Source: a virus (Duplodnaviria; Caudoviricetes). Taken from it: DNA of 64,000 nucleotides. The notes beneath the pieces are model-generated. The model was given only the letters and a program-made list of their open reading frames with translations, made no database searches and was not told the origin of the DNA. The DNA is taken from the IMG/VR virus record IMGVR_UViG_3300021430_000864, positions 1 through 64,000 of that record; one strand, given 5' to 3'. Each line of letters begins with the position of its first letter. Positions within the stretch are counted from its first letter, which is position 1. Made by a program: the position numbers and the translations under genes. Of the stretch, positions 58,510-64,000 are shown one piece after another.

Positions 58510-59222
58510 TGAATAAATTAAAAGGAGGTCTATCGGACAATAAAACTTTGTCTGATATTGCAATTAAACACACATACGACGATAGTAGAGACTCTCTCGA
58601 TAAAGGGAAATATAATTCCATGTTAAAACATTTAAACAAACAACTTGACATGGGGTTAAATATTGAATCAGAACACACCAAAGATAAGTCTAAAGCAAAA
58701 GAAATTGCTATGGACCACTTATGGGAAGACCCTAATTACTACACAAAACTAAAAAAGATTGAAGCGACCGAATCTACCGGTGCGGATTCAGCTGGTGCAT
58801 TTGAACCGGCATTTGGTTCAACACCAATCAAGAGAAAAATCAACGTAATTCATAACCTAAAAGAAGAGGAGGAACTTGGTGAGGTAACCACAGCGAGCTC
58901 TTCAGGTGCATATGATGTTCCTTTTGGTGATGGAGGTAAAAATCCATTAAAAATAGGTGGTCCTGATAGTATAAAAAATAGTAGAGCGGTAAAAGATAAA
59001 AACTTCCCTAAATGGGGTGGTCCTAAAGGTGTTTTTATTAAAATAAAGGAAAAATGTAAGAAATACCCATACTGTAATCAAGGCGACATCAAAGCCATTG
59101 AGATGTTAGAGATAGATGAATTAACAGAAGCGGTTAAAAACGTCTCTAAAAAAACAGGAATACCATACTCTCAAGTGGAAAAAATAGTAATAAAAGAAAT
59201 AAATAAGATATTTATTAAGTAA
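58509..59222 (+). CDS. DUF5661-like N-terminal domain protein, probable head-internal protein
   Basis: QLDMGLNIESEHT...AKEIAMDHLWEDPNYYTKL matches the DUF5661 pattern; C-terminal KCKKYPYCNQG. Confidence 0.7.
   Translation: MNKLKGGLSDNKTLSDIAIKHTYDDSRDSLDKGKYNSMLKHLNKQLDMGLNIESEHTKDKSKAKEIAMDHLWEDPNYYTKLKKIEATESTGADSAGAFEPAFGSTPIKRKINVIHNLKEEEELGEVTTASSSGAYDVPFGDGGKNPLKIGGPDSIKNSRAVKDKNFPKWGGPKGVFIKIKEKCKKYPYCNQGDIKAIEMLEIDELTEAVKNVSKKTGIPYSQVEKIVIKEINKIFIK
59209..59216 (+). promoter_or_regulatory. Putative late promoter motif TATTTATT
   Basis: 6 nt before ATG 59223. Confidence 0.5.
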
Positions 59223-60542
59223 ATGGAAAACCAAATATCAAATATCATTGAAGAATCTCTTTTTAATGAGGTAAAAAAGACTATTCTTAACGAAAATAAA
59301 GAAGGTAAAGAAGTTTATCACATTACATGTGAAGGCGAACCTGTAGACTCTTTTGAATCGGAAGAGATTGCAATGAAACATTTAGATATTTATAAAAAGA
59401 AACATCCCGAAAAGGAGTTCATAATCGAAAAGAAAAAGTACGAATCACCGTCTGAAATGATTGACAAATTAGACCAGATGGGTGAAGAACTTGAAGAAAA
59501 TAAAGAAACGAAAAAAATGAAAAAAGTTACAGTATCCGGTTTAGCTGAAGCTGCAATGTTAGCTAAGACTAAAGGTCTTAAAGAATTTAAATTTAATGGT
59601 GAGTCATATAACCTTGACGAATATTGGAAATCACTTGAGGAAGAAGAAATGTGTTCAGAGTGTGGACAAGGATATATGGAAGAAGAATCTGACGTTGAGG
59701 AGTCAAACGCATTCATATTAGCGGCAGATGCTGCAAAAGATGCTGGTAAAGAAGAATTTGAATTCCCTAAAGGTAGTGGAAAAATGCATAAAGTAACTTT
59801 GAGTAAAGACATTGACGTTAACGAAGAAAAAATGTGTTCAGAATGTGGGGGCATGATGAACGAAGAAGGTATGTGCAATGAGTGTGGAAAGTCAGGTATG
59901 TACGAATCAAAGAAAGTAAAACTTAAATTAACCGAAAGTGAATTGGTTTCTTTGATTAAGAAAATGGTTGAAAAATCAAAAGGAAAAGTTAACGAATCTA
60001 TACCGGGATTAGCAATGACTAAAAAAGTTCAGTCAGTTTCTAAAAAAGACGGAGATGACCACATGAAAGAAGTTGAAAAAAAATTAAAAGACATCTCAAC
60101 CTTTGATGGTAACGATAACCCTGAATTCCCTAAACAAATTGGTAAAGGTGAAAAAATGGCGATAAATCCTACAGAAGAACAGGATGAAATTATTGCTGAT
60201 ACTAGAGGTGGTGGAATGGAAGATTTAAATTACGATTATGAACCATCTGAAAACTTCAAAAAAAGATTAAAAATGGCATTAGAGGGTGACCCTAAAATGG
60301 GTAACTCACAAGATGCTGGTAATGTTATAAAAACCGACACAGGAAAAAATTTAAGTAAGAAAGCTGAGAGAAAAAAAGAAAAAGACTCTAAAAACTTTGA
60401 AGTTAGTTGGGGTCACAGCTGGAAATCACCTGAAAAAGTTGTTGTTGTAAAAGAATCTGAAAAACCTAAAATGACTTCAATTCTCGAAGAGGAAGTAAAG
60501 AGAATGAAGAAAATTATAGGTTACGATGATGCAACCCAGTAA
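59223..60542 (+). CDS. Acidic probable head-internal protein with three CxxCG motifs
   Basis: MCSECG x2, MCNECG; KLTESELVSLIKKMVE and ILEEEVKRMKKIIG helices. Confidence 0.7.
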   Translation: MENQISNIIEESLFNEVKKTILNENKEGKEVYHITCEGEPVDSFESEEIAMKHLDIYKKKHPEKEFIIEKKKYESPSEMIDKLDQMGEELEENKETKKMKKVTVSGLAEAAMLAKTKGLKEFKFNGESYNLDEYWKSLEEEEMCSECGQGYMEEESDVEESNAFILAADAAKDAGKEEFEFPKGSGKMHKVTLSKDIDVNEEKMCSECGGMMNEEGMCNECGKSGMYESKKVKLKLTESELVSLIKKMVEKSKGKVNESIPGLAMTKKVQSVSKKDGDDHMKEVEKKLKDISTFDGNDNPEFPKQIGKGEKMAINPTEEQDEIIADTRGGGMEDLNYDYEPSENFKKRLKMALEGDPKMGNSQDAGNVIKTDTGKNLSKKAERKKEKDSKNFEVSWGHSWKSPEKVVVVKESEKPKMTSILEEEVKRMKKIIGYDDATQ

Positions 60543-60593
60543 TCATTCTTTTTCTCCTTTTCTTTCTTTATATTTTATTATGTTTGAAAATAT

Positions 60594-61049
60594 ATGGAAA
60601 AGAGAAATGATTATACTGAGTTTGATATATCTGAAAAATACAAACATCAAATAGATATTTGGTACAGAACCTACAATATAAGTCGTGATAAAATTTTATT
60701 ATTTTACGACTTCCTTTCCTCTTTATATAATTTAATTGATAACACCTTTTTGGGTGAGGATGTTTTATTTAACGAATCCGACCAAAGAGGTCATTTTGAT
60801 TGGTGCTGGAATAAAATAGTTGATGATTTCAGTAAAGAACGTATTTTCTTTAAAGAAAAAGGTAATCACTACGAATATTTTTGGAACTTCTTCTATGAAG
60901 CATATTATCTAAGTAAGATGGATAATAGAGAACACCGCATAAATGAATACTTCTACAAATTGTTTGATTTTAGATATATTAAATCGAGGTCAGAACTTGA
61001 TATCCTTACTGAGGTCTATAAATTATTTGACCAAAACTTGAAAAAGTGA
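60594..61049 (+). CDS. Hypothetical protein, 151 aa
   Basis: TATATTTT box at 60569-60576 upstream; aromatic-rich ORF. Confidence 0.7.
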   Translation: MEKRNDYTEFDISEKYKHQIDIWYRTYNISRDKILLFYDFLSSLYNLIDNTFLGEDVLFNESDQRGHFDWCWNKIVDDFSKERIFFKEKGNHYEYFWNFFYEAYYLSKMDNREHRINEYFYKLFDFRYIKSRSELDILTEVYKLFDQNLKK

Positions 61050-61085
61050 TTTTTTTTCCGTATACTATGTATAAAAACGGAAAAA

Positions 61086-61268
61086 ATGGAAACTCTAAAG
61101 AAAATTAAAGACCTAGTAGAAAAGATGTCAGTTGACACTACTAAGGTATTCGAAAAGGGTAATAGAAGTGCTTCAATTCGTGCAAGAAAATATGCACAAG
61201 AAGTAAAAGAGTTGATTCCCCAATTTAGAAAAGAATTGTTACAAGAAATAAAGAAACATGATAGTTAA
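61086..61268 (+). CDS. Histone H1-like nucleoid protein (Bacteroidota Hc1 family)
   Basis: KGNRSASIRARK...EVKEL...FRKE matches the KGN.AA..RARK...E...FRK signature. Confidence 0.75.
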   Translation: METLKKIKDLVEKMSVDTTKVFEKGNRSASIRARKYAQEVKELIPQFRKELLQEIKKHDS

Positions 61269-61449
61269 CATAGTAATATTTTTTACTGTACTGAGTATAG
61301 TATATTTAGCTAAATTTTTAATTTCATTTTTAGTTAATTTTTTTTCGGAAGAACCGAAACCAATGACCCTATCAAAAATAGATACAGTGTTAATATACCT
61401 TGCGGTATCATACCTAATAACGTTTATAATCAGGTTACCAAATGTTTGA
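61258..61449 (+). CDS. Small two-TM membrane protein
   Basis: Two hydrophobic segments, 63 aa, overlaps neighbours. Confidence 0.6.
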   Translation: MIVNIVIFFTVLSIVYLAKFLISFLVNFFSEEPKPMTLSKIDTVLIYLAVSYLITFIIRLPNV

Positions 61450-61921
61450 TAATATAAGAATTTTAAGACCATATTTTTTCTCATTAAGAGAAATTGAAAA
61501 TAATGTTAGTTTAGACATCAAATTACCGGTTACTTGGAAATTTGAAAATATAGTTTCCCCATATAAATCTATTAAGGTTAAGGTACAAGACAAGAACGAG
61601 AAGTTTACTCTAATATCTTTAGTTAGTAGTGCAACTGCTGATGGGTATGAGGTTGTCTTTAGATGTGCTAGAGAAGTTATTAGTGTTAACAAGGAATACG
61701 AAGAGAAACAAAGACTATTACAGTCCAAAATTAAGGAACTTGAAATATTGTTTCAACATGAATCTTTAGATAAACTAAGAGAAATATCATTTATCGAAAA
61801 TGCAAAACAACAAGAGGATACAACAAGCATTAGAATGGTTGAACAGGGAGACAGTGAAGGACTCGAAGGAAGTGGAGAACCACAAGAACCAGATGATTCA
61901 GGAAATCAAAAAATTGGATAA
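61442..61921 (+). CDS. Hypothetical protein with coiled coil and acidic tail
   Basis: 159 aa; last 40 codons overlap the next ORF. Confidence 0.7.
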   Translation: MFDNIRILRPYFFSLREIENNVSLDIKLPVTWKFENIVSPYKSIKVKVQDKNEKFTLISLVSSATADGYEVVFRCAREVISVNKEYEEKQRLLQSKIKELEILFQHESLDKLREISFIENAKQQEDTTSIRMVEQGDSEGLEGSGEPQEPDDSGNQKIG

Positions 61922-62009
61922 AACAAAAATGTTTTCACAACCCGAAAAGAAAAAAATAACCTTTTTAAAAAGATTGGCAATTATATTTGGATATGCAAAA
62001 AAAGGGTGA
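61800..62009 (+). CDS. Small basic helical protein
   Basis: 69 aa amphipathic ORF, 122-nt overlap with upstream ORF. Confidence 0.55.
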   Translation: MQNNKRIQQALEWLNRETVKDSKEVENHKNQMIQEIKKLDKTKMFSQPEKKKITFLKRLAIIFGYAKKG

Positions 62010-62226
62010 TTTAATAAATCAAATAGCGATTATATCTGATTTAATTGAAAAAATGAATTTGGATAAAGAATCAAGTACAATGGTATTTGATTTAAAAGAA
62101 GATGTGTTTTTATCCACATTTGAATATGTTAATAAAAAACACAATAACCGAATGTCAAAACCCGATAAAACATTCACAATTAAAATTGGTGAGGTTGATG
62201 TAATTTTTAATAAGAGTAGTGTCTAA
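61993..62226 (+). CDS. Hypothetical protein
   Basis: ATG at 61993 (track start 61987 is TTG); converges on the minus-strand gene. Confidence 0.65.
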   Translation: MQKKGDLINQIAIISDLIEKMNLDKESSTMVFDLKEDVFLSTFEYVNKKHNNRMSKPDKTFTIKIGEVDVIFNKSSV

Positions 62227-62845
62227 ATAACTCCGATTTTTTAAATCCTTTAGACTCTAATAATGTGTATAGTATTTTTCTTTGTGCCGTAGATACATCT
62301 TTCACAAAGATAAAATTACCCCTCTTTTTCTTGAGAACATCTTCTCTAATTAACTCAAATAGTCTCTCAGCGTCTCGTATGTTCTTATTACCAAAAAGAA
62401 GTATATTATCTTCGTTTTGTACAAATAATTTATTGTTCAATGTGAATATCTGACCAACATCGGTAATTGTTAGTATCTGTTCCAACACTTCATGATAACG
62501 AATTCTTTCTTTTTTCTGAAAGTCATATATCAACTCCTCTTTCCAATACGGAATTATTTCCTTAATTCTGAACTTATCATTTTCATACTTGGCCTCTATT
62601 AATCTACCTAAACTATCTTTTACAAATGTTTTTGTAGACCATCTTGTATTAGGGAAAATTAATGCCAATTCATAAACTACTTCATTACTTCTTCTTCTGT
62701 TTTGTATTTTAACAAAACGAGGTTTTTTCTGAGTCTTATACTCATGCCAATAATCGTACACGGTGTTCTTTTTTTGACACCTGTACAATATCTTAACTCT
62801 TTTCTTGTTACAAAAGAGAACTATAAAGTATTTTCCATTTTTCAT
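62207..62845 (-). CDS. Hypothetical basic protein, 212 aa
   Basis: Long minus-strand ORF where the plus strand has no comparable ORF; coupled by ATGA to the upstream minus gene. Confidence 0.75.
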   Translation of the reverse strand: MKNGKYFIVLFCNKKRVKILYRCQKKNTVYDYWHEYKTQKKPRFVKIQNRRRSNEVVYELALIFPNTRWSTKTFVKDSLGRLIEAKYENDKFRIKEIIPYWKEELIYDFQKKERIRYHEVLEQILTITDVGQIFTLNNKLFVQNEDNILLFGNKNIRDAERLFELIREDVLKKKRGNFIFVKDVSTAQRKILYTLLESKGFKKSELFRHYSY

Positions 62846-63006
62846 AGGAAGTTTTTAATGAATGAGTAAATACCGTATATTGAGAATGCACCCATTATGA
62901 TGAAAAATATGGTAATATACTTCTGAATCTTTTCCACCATTTTTTCCGCGTCCTCTTTAGTGATAGCGGATTTTTCCTGTCCTTGTCTACAACTTTTACA
63001 TGCCAT
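62842..63006 (-). CDS. Small CxxC/TM protein (MACKSC...), 54 aa, not in the ORF track
   Basis: Translated by hand: MACKSCRQGQEKSAITKEDAEKMVEKIQKYITIFFIIMGAFSIYGIYSFIKNFL; TGA overlaps next ATG; consensus promoter upstream. Confidence 0.7.
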   Translation of the reverse strand: MACKSCRQGQEKSAITKEDAEKMVEKIQKYITIFFIIMGAFSIYGIYSFIKNFL

Positions 63007-63013
63007 AATACAT

Positions 63014-63045
63014 CAAATTTACGTATTTCATAAGTATTTATCAAT
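63014..63045 (-). promoter_or_regulatory. Bacteroidota-consensus promoter ATTG-N20-TAAATTTG
   Basis: Reverse complement of 63014-63021 is TAAATTTG (exact TAnnTTTG); of 63042-63045 is ATTG. Confidence 0.6.
63035..63042 (+). promoter_or_regulatory. Putative late promoter motif TATTTATC
   Basis: 3 nt before ATG 63046. Confidence 0.5.
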
Positions 63046-63213
63046 ATGAAATTAATGGAAATTTTAGAGGACACCATTATTGAGAAGTGGTCGATGAAAT
63101 ACAAAAAGACAATAGACTGCACCAACCCAAAAGGGTTCTCCCAAAAAGCACATTGTGCAGCAAGAAGAAAAAGACGTGCAGGTGGACACACCAAATCGAA
63201 ACCCGTAAAATAA
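63046..63213 (+). CDS. Small basic probable head-internal protein (KWS.KYKK.IDC.NPKGFSQKAHC motif), 55 aa, not in the ORF track
   Basis: Translated by hand: MKLMEILEDTIIEKWSMKYKKTIDCTNPKGFSQKAHCAARRKRRAGGHTKSKPVK; motif recognised from small T4-like phage proteins; late motif upstream. Confidence 0.7.
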   Translation: MKLMEILEDTIIEKWSMKYKKTIDCTNPKGFSQKAHCAARRKRRAGGHTKSKPVK

Positions 63214-63297
63214 ATCTTTCGTTGAGATTTCCATTTTCGACTTTTTTTATTTATATTTTTAGAAGTCTAATCAATAACACAGGAATTTTTATAAAGA

Positions 63298-64000
63298 ATG
63301 ATATCATACATCGGAGGAAAAGCCAGAATCGGTAAATGGATTGTACCATTTATCCCAACAGACATAGAAACCTACGTTGAGGGGTTTTCAGGTATGTTCT
63401 GGGTATTCTTTAACATGGATTTAAAGAAGTACCCGAACTTAAAAACAGTTGTTTATAACGACTTTAACAGACTAAACGCGAATTTATTTAAATGTGCTAA
63501 ACACTATGACAGATTATGGGAGGAATTATCTAAATACCCTTGTCAACAACTTGGTGTGGAAAATACACCTCCTGAGTATGAACAAATGTTTCGTCAGTAT
63601 CAAAAAGAGGTTTTCAGTAATGATTTGGTCATTGGTGACGAACCCAACTTTGAGGTGGCTGCAAAATATGTTTATGTCTTAACTCAAGTATTCTCAGGTT
63701 CAAAACCTGAAACGTCTAATTATACCGATTATAAAGGAAAGTATAGATGTAAAGTTTTAATATTCATGGATAAATTAAAACATCCCGAATATAGAGCACA
63801 TCTTGACAGGATTACTTTCGTTGAAAATATGGATTTTCAAAAGGTGATTGAGAAATACGATTCACCCACAACCTATTTTTATATGGACCCACCATATTGG
63901 AAAACGGAAAATTATTATTCAAACCATGATTTTGACAGAGATGACCATGAAAGATTGGCCAACTCTTTAAAAAATATTCAGGGTAAATTTAGTCTTTCAT
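63298..64000 (+). CDS. dam: DNA adenine methyltransferase, Dam/D12 class, 3'-truncated
   Basis: MISYIGGK, EGFSG (motif I), VYNDFN, MDPPY at 63883-63897 (motif IV); frame open to the window end. Confidence 0.85.
   Translation, partial: MISYIGGKARIGKWIVPFIPTDIETYVEGFSGMFWVFFNMDLKKYPNLKTVVYNDFNRLNANLFKCAKHYDRLWEELSKYPCQQLGVENTPPEYEQMFRQYQKEVFSNDLVIGDEPNFEVAAKYVYVLTQVFSGSKPETSNYTDYKGKYRCKVLIFMDKLKHPEYRAHLDRITFVENMDFQKVIEKYDSPTTYFYMDPPYWKTENYYSNHDFDRDDHERLANSLKNIQGKFSLS

Noticed and set aside
61995-62009. Slippery A AAA AAA G at the end of ORF 61800
   Set aside because: The -1 frame stops within a few codons and the next gene is in the +1 frame with its own ATG.
63087-63335. ORF-track 82-aa ORF
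   Set aside because: Wrong frame; the motif-bearing gene is 63046-63213, and this ORF would run over the dam promoter and start.
63494-63682. ORF-track 62-aa ORF and similar short alternative-frame or antisense ORFs throughout
   Set aside because: Nested within well-supported genes (here dam), with no motif or signal support.
1-64000. Stop-codon reassignment as in some huge phages (TAG is almost unused as a stop)
   Set aside because: All conserved genes translate full-length in the standard code with high coding density; no gene is interrupted by in-frame TAG or TGA.

Overview
64-kb, AT-rich, almost entirely plus-strand segment of a large tailed dsDNA (jumbo/huge, T4-like myovirus) phage genome in the standard genetic code. 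Order: baseplate hub (5'-truncated) and small late genes; replication/recombination block (gp32-like SSB, RecA/UvsX, 5'-3' exonuclease, DnaB, nrdB-nrdA); baseplate block (gp25, gp6, large wedge proteins); a ~15.6-kb cluster of mucin-like Thr/Pro/Ser-rich, Cys-module proteins including a 2737-aa giant; tail-collar-like protein; RuvC, orphan tail-tube paralog, primase, PD-(D/E)XK exonuclease, SbcD/SbcC; ClpP, envelope proteins, RpoD-like sigma; a late membrane/amidase-fold cassette with an apparent -1 frameshift; head-internal proteins, Hc1-like histone protein, small genes, and a 3'-truncated Dam-family methyltransferase. Promoter motifs, absence of Shine-Dalgarno sequences and the RpoD/ClpP/Hc1/DUF6576 signatures point to a Bacteroidota host (inference). 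Most notable: the mucin-like appendage cluster, the A10 frameshift next to a probably inactive amidase, two candidate structured small RNAs, two separable promoter classes, and apparent GATC avoidance. Family assignments are from recognised motifs only; no searches were run.
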